A stretch of DNA of 64,000 bases from NCBI GenBank assembly GCA_030704615.1, contig CM060731.1, forward strand, positions 81,840,001 to 81,904,000. The letters are read 5' to 3'. The translations under genes and the position numbers were made by a program. The notes under the pieces were generated by a model. The model was not told the DNA's origin and made no database searches. It saw only the letters and a list, made by a program, of their open reading frames with translations. Below, piece after piece: positions 25,833-38,479 of this stretch. This DNA is from Takakia lepidozioides (taxonomy: Eukaryota; Plantae; Bryophyta). Numbering within the stretch: the first letter of the stretch is position 1; the number at the start of each line of letters is the position of its first letter.

Positions 25833-28800
25833 CCATGGTGACACCTGGAGTTGTCATGTTAGGCAACCAGGATGGCATTTTCTGTTTGTGTGGATTGACA
25901 GGCAAGAGGTACCGGCCACTGCGGGTTTTGTTGGACTCGGGAGCTAAGCCATTGATGCTGGGCAGAGCTGCTATTGCAGGCTTGGGCCTCATGGAGGCGG
26001 ATATGGAGTCGTGCCCTTTCCAGATACAGACATCTCTGGGAGGATCAGAGCAGACTCGGGGCATGACACGGTGTGAGTTGGCTATCAAACTACAGCTGGA
26101 TCAACCTATAGATGGCTCAGTGATGAGAACCAAGGCCATTGTGACAGACGCGGTCTCGTACGATGTCCTTGTTGGTGGGGCAATGTTGTACCCCATGGGC
26201 TTCACCCTGGATTTTTGGGAGGAGTCAGCTTCTTATAGGCCTGGATGGCAGTCAGGGGAGGGCCGGCGTGTGCAGCTCCCTGTGATGTTCATAGGAGGAG
26301 TTACGGTTGCCCAGCAAGGCAAGATGCCGATACTGGCAGCATTCACAACTGCAGTGAGTTGGCCTGGAAAGTTGCTTAAGGGCAACGCTCATTTCAGAGG
26401 ATGTGTCACCTCCAAGAGAGCAGGATAACATGTATGGTATGGCGGAGTTGTCTGCCATGGTTGCTCACACTCCATTGTGGGGCTCGAGCAAGGATTTGCA
26501 GCGGGTTGCTGATTGTCGTGTGCAACAAGCCTGGGTAGAGGCTTTTGTACCGTCAGGAGAGGAGGACAGTGCGGGGATTGCACCAGGACCACCTCAGTTG
26601 TTACCATTGGACACCACACCGATCGTGTGGCAGTGTCCGGATGAAGGCATTTGCCTTCTGGACTTGTTTGGCGGGATCAGCACCGGGTTGGCTGCTGTTC
26701 TACAGGCAGGTATACGAGTTCGGCATCACCTGTATGTGGAGAGGGATGAGACCGCACGATGCGTCTCCCTACGCCATGTTGCTCAGTTGGTGCAGCAGTA
26801 CCCTGAGTTGTTGCCGATGTCTGCAGTTCGTGGATATCAGCAGGCCTTGCCAGCAGACATTTCGTTGCTGGAGGCGCAGGATTTGGAGCGGGTTGGCTCC
26901 ATTGATCTGGTAGTGGCAGATTGGCCCTGCCAAGGGCATTCATCAGCCGGGCATGGCAATGGATTGCGAGACTCGAGGTCGGGTCTGTTTTGGGAGATGG
27001 TGCAAGTTTTGCGCCACTTAGAGCTTCATCAAGCTGTATCTCCAACATACATCTTAGAGAATGTGCCACTGATGGGCGATTCTCGGGCCAGGGTGATGGC
27101 CAGTGTGCACCAAGTCCGGTCATGGCTTGGGTTAGTAGTGTTGCTGGATGCAGCTACAGTGGGGTCACGGGCTCACGTCCACGGCTATGGTGGACTAACT
27201 TGATGCCACCCGCACTGCCCAAGCGTGCATTTGATAGGGTGCAGCGGTCAGCACACCTCACAGTGGATAGCATTTTGGACACAGGGAGGCAGTCTCAGCG
27301 CGTGAGACACGATGACCGTTCGCCTTTGGCAGTGGTCAACAAGGTGGATCAACCACGAGCAGCACTACCTACACTGCTCAGCTTCCCATGATTGCATGCT
27401 TTCCGGGATAGTGGACCTGGTCTCCTGTGGGATGCTCAACTGCAGCAGTTAGTAGAGCCTAATGTCGACGAGCGAGAGCGGGCTATGGGTTTTTCCACTG
27501 GGACCACGGCGGTGTCTTCTCTTTCTGAGGCATCACGTCGTTAGGTGTTGGGGCAAGCGATGGATCTCAATTGCTTGACCTGGATTATCAGCTTGGCTAA
27601 GGCTGAGCAACGTAGAGTGCGGAGTACACTTCCCTTGACGGTCTCTCTGCCTACCGAGACGGTACAAGCAGTGAGTGGGGGCGAGCCGGTGAGGACCACA
27701 AGGTGTAGACATCCATGGCACACGTGGGAGGTGCTCGAGGTTCAGAGGGGGTTGGCAGCCAAGACGGCTATGATGGATGAGGTTGGGGATTCTTCTCGAG
27801 TTGAGGAGGTCCTCAAGGATGAGAGGATGGGGCAGGATGAGGCCTTGTCATTGACTGAGCAGGCATGGAGTACTGCTCAAGAGGTTGCGGCAACCACGGG
27901 ACGCGTCCTCTACCTCTAAGTCTGCTGGACTTAAGGTTGCAGTTACGGAGGACAATTGGGAGCCTGACATTGGACCCATTGTCATTGGAGGAGAGAGACG
28001 ACGTATATGGCAGTTCCTGAGGGCTTACAGGAATTGCTTTGCCTCTCGTGTTACGGTGGAGGAGCATGAAAGACGTATTTAGGTGGTGCATCGACCGGGT
28101 TTGGTCAATCAGGATGCGGATGGATTGAGTCGCAATCCATGCACGAGCCAACAGGATTACACTAGAGCTCGGTGGCATGGTGAGACGGACGAGGAGATGG
28201 TGCCGGGATGACATGCATCTGCCTTTTTGTGTACAATCTTGGCATTGGGAGGTCAGATTGGACCTACAACAGGGATGACTGTAGACAGAGTGTCTGAGGA
28301 TCTTGAGGCTAGTGATGAGCCAGGTGGTTTGAGATATACATGAGGATTCGGTTGTGTTGGACTACCTCCGCACTGGAGACACGACAGCTAGTGTGACTGC
28401 CAAGGAGAGGGATCGGATCCTGCAATGAGCCAAGAGGTTCAAGTGGGAGGGGATACACCTGCTTCGAGTGTGGGAGGATGGTCGGGTGAGGATCGTGCCT
28501 CACCCAACACAGCATGCATGGTTAGTGCGGCATGCCTATGAGGAGTTGGGGCATTTTGGAGTGCAACGCACTCATAGTCTACTGCAGGGGCAGTATTGGT
28601 GGCGTGGTATGCACACAGAGGTGCAACGGTTTGTAGCTAGGTGCATCGTGTATGGCAGGGTGCGTGCTTCATTCAACGCCCCTACACCACAATTGCATCC
28701 TTTACCCATCATGGGATTGGGCTATAGGTGGAGTCTTGACTTTGCAGGGCCGTTGCCACTGACGATGCATCACCACAGATATGTGTTGGTGATGGTGGAG

Positions 28801-29738
28801 CACTTCTCCAAGTGGATTGAGATGGTTCCATTGCCTAACAAGGCCAATGAGGGGGCTGCGTATGCATTCCTAGATCGTGTGCATAGCCGATTCGGTGCTC
28901 CAGCTGAGGTACTCACGGACCAAGGGAGAGAGTTCTTGGGGGAGTTTCAGGCTTTGTGTGATAAAGCCTTGATAGACCACCGTACCACTTCTCGGGATCA
29001 TCCTGAGGCCGATGGCTTGGCAGAGAGAGTGGTGTAGATGGTGAAGAGGGGTTTGCGCAAGTATGGCTTGCAAAAAGGACACCTAGGAGATTGGGATCTT
29101 CAGGTACCTTGGTTAGCCACGGGCTACAAGTTTAGCAAGCAAGCATCACTTGCCTCATTCTCATCATATTTCCTTCTCTTTGGCCGAGAGCCGGATTTGC
29201 CTGCATCTATTCGCAGGGAGGCTGCAGTAGTCCTCAACCTTGATGATCCGGATGTGTGGACACAAGCATGTGCCCAGCGGGCAGAGTTGTTCAAGAAAGT
29301 CATGCCTATGCTTTTTAGAGTCTTGCTATTGCCCAATACCGAGACACATTGAGGTATGCCACTATACGTGGAGGGGGATATCGGCCAGGTGTTCGGCGTT
29401 TCCACCCTGGGGACTATGTGTATCTGCAGCAGACAGCGCCTACGACCTTGGATGTCACCACAGGACGTGTGATTCTAAGGGTCAGGGAGGTGTTGCCTTC
29501 ATGAGTGTTGATTCTGAAGGGTTGAGATGGCATGGTATGGAAGGATCATGTGCATAATTGTGCGCCACGTCACCTTCCACATGTGGATGGGCGGATAGAT
29601 CCCAACCTTGCAGTGGTACCTGCAGGATTGAGTTACATGCTATGTGGGCATGCTCGTGGTGCCGCCACTATGCTGGTGTGTGATCGATGCTCAAGAGGTT
29701 GGCACATGGGATGCTTGACACCACCTCTTGAGAGGGTT
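25833..29738 (+). mobile_element. DNMT-carrying gypsy copy 1, pol region (PR, DNMT, RT/RH largely deleted, INT, PHD), degenerate and truncated
   Basis: VLLDSGAKPLML protease; LDLFGGISTG, WPCQG and LENVP methyltransferase motifs; integrase WSLDFAGPLP/VLTDQG/ADGLAERVV; PHD-like MLVCDRCSRGWHMGCL truncated at about 29738; colinear with 58656-63840. Confidence 0.9.
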
Positions 29739-30899
29739 CGTACGTTGAAGACTGAATCTCTAAAACCTTATATATGATGGAGACCACTAAGAGGATCAAA
29801 TGCATAGGTGAATTTACTGAGAGTCATTGCGCACACAATGTGCCATGATTCTGAGTAGGCCAGTGCATTTGCAGATTGCGGTATAGCGAACACCAATCAT
29901 TTTTGGGTGCCTTGAACTACCTGCTGGGTCTTTTTGTCTACACATATTTTGCATCACTGTGAATGTGATGAGTGGCCGGTGTTTTGCACCTGGGTGCGTA
30001 TCCACTGAATGCATCGTTTCGTCTTCTCTCAAGCCTTTGTCTTTCAATTGTGTTGCCGATTTTCCAAAAATGCAGTGCACCACTTCAACCATCATAAAAC
30101 CTGCATGGTCGCCTCTCATACGCATGTTCGGGACTTGTCTCTGTTCTCCACCAAGCCCACGCGTTAGTAACATGCATCGTGTGCAGCCGTTAGATGCACT
30201 TGCATCCAATGCACCTGAAATGTCCAACCCTGCGAGCAATGATAGATTGACATCGTCATTTGCAATCACATCCAACATTTGTTTCATCCATTTATGTTTG
30301 CATCGTCCACGTAGACACTCCTTGGGCAACCGGCAATTGCCACGTGCAGTTGTGAATACTGGCAGTCATACATTCCCATGCCCACGTCATCCTGTTGCAG
30401 TTTTGGCCATGACTCCTAGTCGTATCTACCATCTTCCCCTATCTGGTCAAACGTGGCGGAGGTACAAGGTGGCATATACGACTTCTGGTGGTTGTTATAG
30501 AGTAATTATTCAATCAGAGCTTTACCATATGATCCTAAAACCAATGGGTCATAGCAAAGAGCTACCCAAGGGCCTAACAAAAAAGATCATGTTCAAGATA
30601 GCTCAACCAAAAAATGCCCAGTGCATTTTCTCCACACATAAAACAGAGGGGGCAGTCCATGTCCGAGAACTCCCCTGTTCCATACTGCTTCATTTCTGCA
30701 ACAATCTGAAGTCCACCTCTTATCTGCAACGGTTTGCAGCCTGCGACATCGTTGTTATGAGTCAAACGACAGCCACCAAATTGCAAACACTATCGCTAAG
30801 CAAGGCAAGCAATTGCCAAAACAAGAACGCAGCAAAAAGGAGACGAGAAGAGGGAGGACTTAGCACCAGAAGAGAGATACTTCTACAGTAAGAGGAAAG

Positions 30900-31447
30900 T
30901 GCTCTAGCATAATTGCACTATCCAGCAAGCCCTTGTTTCTGACAGTACATAGGTACCAATGTCAGAGATTTCTCGATCTCTCAAAAGAATCGGCTGCCCC
31001 CATGGCCTCGTACACCATCATCAGGTGATGTGTATGGACAAAAAACCGGGCAGGTTTTGCATAATGGAAATCTCTGCTCAGCACGCCCAACAAACAAGAC
31101 TACGATTCCAGCCTTGTAACCTGTTAAAGCCAATTCACCTGCAGTACAAGGATGATCTTCACGTCCAACCAGGTTGCGACAAAGGCTTGGACCTATTTAC
31201 TAGGATTATCCACTTCTGCGATCTTCAACCTTTTAGGAGGTTCCAAAAACTCTCATGGAGTCCGCAAATCCAACCTCCCTTGCAGTGATCCAACACCAAA
31301 TCTGTTCCAGGAGGTCCGTAAAGTCATCATACAAACACCATCTTGTAAGGCTTCTGTCTCTGATAGTACACCGACAACCTTGAGGAGAGTCTGCCGCCCC
31401 CAAAACGCCCGCATAAGTACAACTCATCCACTAGGTGAACAACCAGA
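30900..31447 (-). pseudogene. Highly degenerate gypsy RT/RNase H remnant, target of element C (continues at about 56984-57110)
   Basis: Weak RT/RH-like traces when read across the element C TSD; no intact ORF. Confidence 0.35.
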
Positions 31448-31664
31448 GGGGGCTGCTATTTCATGAGCGGCATGAGCATGAGCGGGAAAAAAAAAAAGCA
31501 TGACCATTGTGAGTCCACGGAAATAGGGTTAGGAGGCACAGAAATAGGGTCATGTGAAGTTGGAATGTGGCACCAGTGGACTTGAAATCCAACATTTTAT
31601 TGCAAATTTTGTGGCAAGCCACATCTATACAAGTGTGTTCTAAGTGTCATAGCCGGAATGGGCA

Positions 31665-34600
31665 CTACTCTCCTACACCCTCCGAGGAACTTGCCCCACC
31701 TTCTTCCTCATCCCCCTCATCCCCCTCATTCTCCGAGCTCTGTGATGCATCAGTTCCACTATGCCTCTCAAAAATCCCGTCCTCTCCTTGGGGGACTGTC
31801 CACCTCACCTCCTGGGAATCTTCTGCGTCTTCTCCCCCACTTTCCTCAGCAGAATCCAAGACAAATCTACGAGCCCGACGGGCTCTAATAGCTGCTGCCT
31901 CCTCCCTCATCTTTATTTTCTTGAGGCTTGCCTCGTCTAAAATCTGCTGTACACGACTAGGTTTGGAACACCTCCTAATGGACACCGAAGCAAGCCGGGC
32001 AGCATAAGTAGGAAGGATGTACTCCCTTTCTGGACTAGGCATGAAATCCCCCCTGGCAAAAAAGGCACGTTCCTCCTGCCCATGAACTCCGGTGTAGATG
32101 TCCCTCCGGCAGTACTTGGCATCCTACAGTAAGAACAAATCCACTTCAAGAATGTCAATACCAGCACAACCAGAAAGGGTTTTCAATGAAATAAGAGAGC
32201 GGAGGGAGGTGCCTCACGAAATTTGGAGGCAACTTACAATGCCACCACTCACTCGTAAACCGGGGGCTCCTCGGCCTCGATCCCAACTTCCTCCCCCTGC
32301 TCCTTCTCGGATTTTTCCTCATCCTCCGAGGATGCCTCTTCCTCTTTCGGCAGACGTTCAGCCGCTGCAAGTTCCGAGTTGTGGAGGGCAGTATCTGGCT
32401 CGAAGGCGAACACATGCCTGTCGGACAACGTCCCTACCCACATTGAAGCACCTGAGGAACAAAGCGGGCGGTTAATAGCTTGCGGCATGCAATTGCAATC
32501 GGGCCAGGGGACAAACTGATCACGTGAAGGCTTACCCGTGCCGCATGTGAAGTCCAGAATCCGCCCTTGGACATCCGAGCACGTCTCCATGAGGGTTTGG
32601 ATGAAAGCAGGGCTCCGAGTCCGGCTGTACCGCCACGGTTTGCCTGTCGTTGTGTCCTTCGGCATACTGGAGTGGGGCACATAGTTGTAGAGGACATCGT
32701 AGGTTACAGGGTCCACAGCGGCATCAACAAGACGACCGTCGTTGCGGAATTTGAACGTAGACCCTCTCTTCACAAAGCAATATGCCTCAAACACCAATGT
32801 CTGCACATCCAACAAAGAAGGGATCAACTCCAAGGTCTACTTAACATACACCACAATATGAAGTGAATGCAATAGATTGATAACTTACACTTTGGCCCTC
32901 TGTTCGCAACCCCTGTGTACTGATGCAGAACCATTTTCTGAGGAGGACTAGGGTGACACTTTTGGGTGTCCACCTTGCCACCGCATTCTCTGTGGTCTTC
33001 CCTCTCGTGGCAAGGACAACCACACATCCACCGTCATCCAGAAGCATCCCCGCCAGCCCAAACCCGGCTTTCCAGTAGTCCTCAGTAAACCTGTTCCAGG
33101 TGGGCACACCATCCAGGCCCTCCAGCAGCTCCCCATCTGGAATGTCGAGGAGAATCATGTCGCAAGCTCTCTCCACCTCCCCCCCCCCTCGAGTGCTCTT
33201 GCAATTCGTGCTCATAGCCGTGAAGAATTCCATCATGGCTTCAAAACCAGGGGTGTCTTTAGGCTCTGTACCGCCAACCCTCTTCTTGGCTTTCCCCTTC
33301 TGCTCCGCCAGAGACTTGTTGTGTGCCACCTTCTTCGCCTTGGCAGCGAGAGCGTCAAGGAAGCTCTCATTGACGCATTGGATGATGGTTGGAGGTTCTA
33401 GCTTTGGCCTGTGCGTAAACGTCACCACCGAATACCGCCGTGTAGGCTCGCCCTCAAATGCCAACTTCTTGGCAGAGCCAGTCCCACTCCGAACTGACTT
33501 GGGAACCCGGACGACCGGTGACTGGGTAGGAGCAATAGCAGTCGCAGGACCTTGAACAAAGTCGTCGTCCGAGTCATTCTCTTGGGTCCCCTCCTGCGCC
33601 TCCTCCGATGCCCCGATGGTTTTATTCTTTTTGGGTGTTACTGCACTCACATGTTTCCTTGTCCTTTTCCTTTGGCCTTTACTCTTCTCATGCAATTTCT
33701 CCTGAATTCCTGCCTGAGCAAGCTCTGCCGCTTTCCTGGAGTTCACAAGCGCTTTTGCCTCTTTTGCACCCAACGGAGGCAGCGGAGCCCGATTTCGTCG
33801 GAATTCAGCATCCAGCTTCAATTGAAACTCGGATGGGTCGAGCGAGCCGGGCGGAAGGTCCACATACCAAGGGCAATCACGCAAATGTTCCAGATGCCAC
33901 TCCTTCACAATATCGTCAGTGTACATGGAGTCAGCCCCAGGGTTCCTCCATGCTAGGAAGAATGGTGGCTCGAAAGACAGATGACCTTTCTCCAAAAGGG
34001 AGAACTTGCAGTACATGCATTCATGAAAAACACAATGAGGTCCCTGAAATGCATATTCGGCACCATTTTCCCAGGTTGGGGCGGATGTGAGTGGGCCTAG
34101 AAATGGAAAAATGGCGCCGAATTTCGGTTTTCGGTGACTGCCACCCTAGGGACTTAGCCATCTTGGGAGCCCTGAACTGGAAATTCGGCGCCATTTTTCC
34201 CGGTTTGGCCCGAAGATGGCTAAGTCCCAGAACCGCAATAGGGTCTACAACTGGAAAAATGGCGCCAAATTTCCAGTTCAGGGCCACCCACCCTAGGGAC
34301 TTAGCCCGAAAATGGCCAAGTCCCTGAACGGCAATAGGGCCTACAACTGGAAAAATGGCGCCGAATTTCCAGTTCAGGGCCACCCACCCTAGGGACTTAG
34401 CCCGAAAATGGCCAAGTCCCTGAACGGCAATAGGGCCTACAACTGGAAAAATGGCGCCGAATTTCCAGTTCAGGGCCACCCACCCTAGGGACTTAGCCCG
34501 AAAATGGCCAAGTCCCTGAACGGCAATAGGGCCTACAACTGGAAAAATGGCGCCGAATTTCCAGTTCAGGGCCACCCACCCTAGGGACTTAGCCCGAAAA

Positions 34601-37600
34601 TGGCCAAGTCCCTGAACGGCAATAGGGCCTGGAACTGGAAAATGGCGCCGAATTTCCAGTTCCGGGCCAGCCACCCTAGGGACTTAGCCCGAAAATGGCC
34701 AAGTCCCTGAAGGGCAATAGGGCCTGGAACTGGAAAATGGCGCCGAATTTCCAGTTCCGGGCCAGCCACCCTAGGGACTTAGCCCGAAAATGGCCAAGTC
34801 CCTGAACGGCAATAGGGCCTGGAACTGGAAAATGGCGCCGAATTTCCAGTTCCGGGCCAGCCAGTCTAGGGACTTAGCCATTTTCGGAGCCCTGACTGGA
34901 AATTCGGCGCCATTTTCCCTAACACCACATGAGGCCTCTAACATCCTGAAATGCAAGGACTTGAAAGAAAGACAGCGCGTATGTACCTGTACAGAAGGCG
35001 CATTGCTGCTTTGTCCGCGTTTGGCTGGTCGGTGAACTCGTGGCTCCGGCGAGCATCTGCTATCTCCTGAAAGAATAGGTTGGTTTTGTAGAGCAGAAAG
35101 TACCTCGTCACATAGTCACGTAGGCTCTCTGCTGCAAGAGATATCTCCATCTTGAACTGATGTGCTTGTGTGTCCAGCTGCTCTTGCGCATTCGTCGTCA
35201 CCTGTGGAGATTCTCTATCAGATCGCTTTCCTGAAAAAATACAATGAATCCACCCCCTACTAGAGTAGAAGCCCCAAACGAAGCGTGGGGAAGTACCTGA
35301 AACCACCATGTCATGCGGTTCATCCACATGTCGAATGTGGGGTCAGAGAGTTTGTCCGGTTTGGGGAAGCTCCACATGTCCCTGGTACTTTGGGAACCAT
35401 TCCAGATTTGGAGCCACCGGGTCTGTCCAACCACCCAGCATATTCGTAAGCGCCAAACACCACAAAAACGAGTTGTTGCCACCACAATTTGGTTAAGAAT
35501 GTATCACCTTTTCTGTTGCATCCACACAGGATGTGGCTAGACGATGGAGCTTCTCCAATGTCATCGTGGGCTTCAGAACGCGAGAGTAGTGCTTCCCCAC
35601 CTCCACCAGAAAGTCGGCACCAAGGGCGGGATCAGCTATGGCCACACTTTACCATCCGCGACTTGTACTTTATGCGGGCCCTCACCTCCGCAGCTTTGAC
35701 ATACGATTCGAGTGCCGGGAGGGTTGGATTCTTCTCCTCTGACTCCATGTAGAACCTCCGCGCATGTGCCAAATCCTGCTGTATTTTCGTCTGTCAAGAA
35801 TGCGCACATAAGATTAGAGATCCTGCTCAACACAATTTCTTCTATTGGGGGAGGAGATTAGAAATCACGGTGAAGACCTTTTCTTCTATTGGGGGAGGAG
35901 AGACAGATTAGCTCAACAAAACTGTCAAGAGCTTTACCCGAAATATGTAGTCCACCATGGCGTCGACACTCAGCCTATACCAGGTTCTGTCTGCCTTTGC
36001 CTCCGACTTGCGCAGGAGGTCGGCACTGAGGGAATTGGCAAACTCTTGCACCCCCTGCTTCCCGACATCCTTCACTCGGAAGAGCATATGGGACAAGTTG
36101 GTGGCAATGAAGGCATTCTCAGTCACCCTGCAGTGCCACATTTCCATCAAACAATACTGAAATGGGAATTTTCATTATATATGAGGATTCGCAATGAAAT
36201 GACTTCCAAATTCAAAGTCCAAAAGCGAGAGGCGTTGTAACTTACGAGTTGATGTCCGCCATTGCAGCTTTGAGAAGACTGCGATCTTTGGGCCCCGCAA
36301 CCTTCAGCACAACACAATCCACGGCGAAATGCCAATCGAGGTCGTTGGGGTGGGCTTGGGCAATGTGCTCCATCCATGCCAGGAGGCGATGATTGCCGTC
36401 CCACACGTAGAACATCTTACCGGACAAGTGCTGGAAAAGAGGATCACCAGCAATCGATCTCTCGAACTCCTCATTTCGCGTTTGCCAATGGGGACCCCAT
36501 TTGTCCACCTCATCGGAAGTGTGGGCACGGGAAGCTCCGTGGTCGTTCTCAATGGAAACGTAAAACGCGGCAGACCCCATTCGATATCCATCCCGGAAAG
36601 AGAATTTCAGCTTGTCGATATCGCCTGGGAGGGCAGGTCTCACCACCTGCAACGGCAAAGGGGAATTCGAAGCTTGGCCGGGTACACCATGCCCCCCAGC
36701 ACCCTGCCAATGTTGATGTGGGTTGCCTCCAACATCTTGGCAGCGGCCAACTTCATATCCGCCTCAGACATGACGTCTGCTGTAGAGGGTTTTCCGGCAG
36801 CCCACCAGGACCGCCAAATCCAGCCTGTATGCTCCGGGTTTGGGGCTTGGGATGTCCGGGAGGATGTCATCCTGGTCAGAAAGCTCCCTGTCGTCCTCCT
36901 CAATAGGGTCAGCCACCTGCGAAACCACCTCCAGCACTCTCCCCGTCTCTACTGCCCTCTCCCTGGCTTCACCTCGAACTTGCACAATCCGTGCTCTTTC
37001 TGGTGTTCTTTCCTCTCCTCCACTCTCCACCGTATGGGTAATTGCAGGGGCTGCTCTTGCCCGCGATGGTCTAATCGGTGTGTTACTGCCTCTTTGTGGT
37101 GTCTTGGAGGGATCCACCGTCTCTGTGCGTCCCTCGCTTACATTGGCATCTGTCATTTGGGCACCCCTGGCCTCTTCAGTGGCCTTTTCTCTTTCCTCTT
37201 GGCTAGCATTCTGTCTCGTCTGTTCTTTTGCCCTCTCTTTTGCCCTCTCACGGGCTTTCTGTTTCTTACTAGGGCTAGCAGCAGGGGAGCCCTCCAGGAC
37301 GACCACCTTTGATTGAGGCGAACTGACACCCTCGCGCGCACTGCTCACTCCCCCCTCCGCAGCCCGTGACGGCTCTCTCGCCAGGGATTGCATGTGCTTA
37401 GCTTTCTTCTTTCTCTTTGCGTGGGCGGACCCTACTGCATGTGCATCAACAACCTCCATTGCCGGATCTGCTGTCCTCATGTCCTCACGCCCTTCACCTG
37501 CCATGCCGCCTGCACCAACCTCCCCAATGCCTATTATGTCGTACTCTCGTTGCAAGTCCTCCCGTCCACCAACAAAAGGTTTAAGTTTGCCCTCTCGCCC

Positions 37601-37651
37601 CAAGTTGGGCGACTCAAACATGCGATGAGTTGGAGCTGTCGATGATACCAC
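31665..37651 (-). CDS. Multi-exon ParB/Srx-like plus beta-class amino-methyltransferase-like gene (element C), probably damaged
   Basis: MFYVWDGNHRLLAW (36242-36658); CPWYVDLP and CDMILLDIPDG...W...YW...LLDDGG (32841-34016); RSPAFIQTLMETCSDVQGRILDFTCGTG then GASMWVGTLSDRHVFAFEPD (32249-32833); acidic terminal exon 31665-32042; exon structure and start codon inferred. Confidence 0.72.
34080..34920. repeat. Intronic tandem repeat, about 95-96 bp unit, about 7 copies plus inverted flanking units
   Basis: GGAAAAATGGCGCCGAATTTCC recurs at about 34261, 34357, 34453, 34549, 34643, 34739 and 34834. Confidence 0.92.
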
Positions 37652-38479
37652 CAGCGTGCCGGGCTCGTCGTCACTCTGTCATTCCCAAAAATCGTGAGAA
37701 CCAACATCGGTTCCAAAACCAGCATCGCAACGAGCAGCGCAACCACCATAGCAACAATTGTGTAACAAAAATGAAAACATAACAAGTTTAGGAAGTATGG
37801 AGAGCCATGCAACAACAATGAAAACAAATGCAACCATTGCCTGAGAATGACATGCACAAACAACCTTCTCCAGAGCTGCCGGATTTGCACACGCATTGCA
37901 AACAATCTAAGGTTCACTCAACTATCTAAGGTTCACTCATCCAGCGAAGCCAGGATGAAGATGCAAAAACAAAGCGAGGCAACAAAGCGAAAGCAAAAGC
38001 GAAATCGAACAAAGCGAAAGCAGAAGTGGCTTGCCTGAGAGTACTCGGCTTCAGTTGGCGCGGGTTGTGAGCAAGACACTGGAATCTCCTGCTGGAGCTT
38101 CAGTTTGGCCATGCGAGAGATTAGCCGTCGTCCGTAGTACACAGCTTTCAACTTCCGCCGCGGTCTGGATGTGAGGTCTCTCTCAGGAGAGCCACGCCCT
38201 TCAGGCGGCATAAGTCCCAGCCAAAATGGAAAAAGATCTCCGTTTTTGGGGTACATGCCTCGAATAGCACGTTAAACCAAGATTAGCATCAGATTTAGGG
38301 TACGTATCCAAGAAGCCATGTGTCGCCAGCCCGAATGAAAACGGATGGCGGTGGACATTTATTGCCCAACTGCGCAATTAAATGTCGGATGAAGCCCTCC
38401 ATGTCGGATGAAGCCCTCCATGTCGGATGAAAATCGACGGAACTAGGCCCGGAATTTCCAACGTAGAGGTAATTCGGAG

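Noticed and set aside
29750-30891. 310-aa plus-strand and 171-aa minus-strand ORFs
   Set aside because: No recognisable motifs or coding support; the region is left unassigned
34021-34956. ORFs with 32-aa repeats
   Set aside because: A by-product of the 96-bp tandem repeat; open on both strands and located inside an intron
38382-38430. Short 19-bp repeat ATGTCGGATGAAGCCCTCC, about 2.5 copies
   Set aside because: A local slippage duplication with no further support for function
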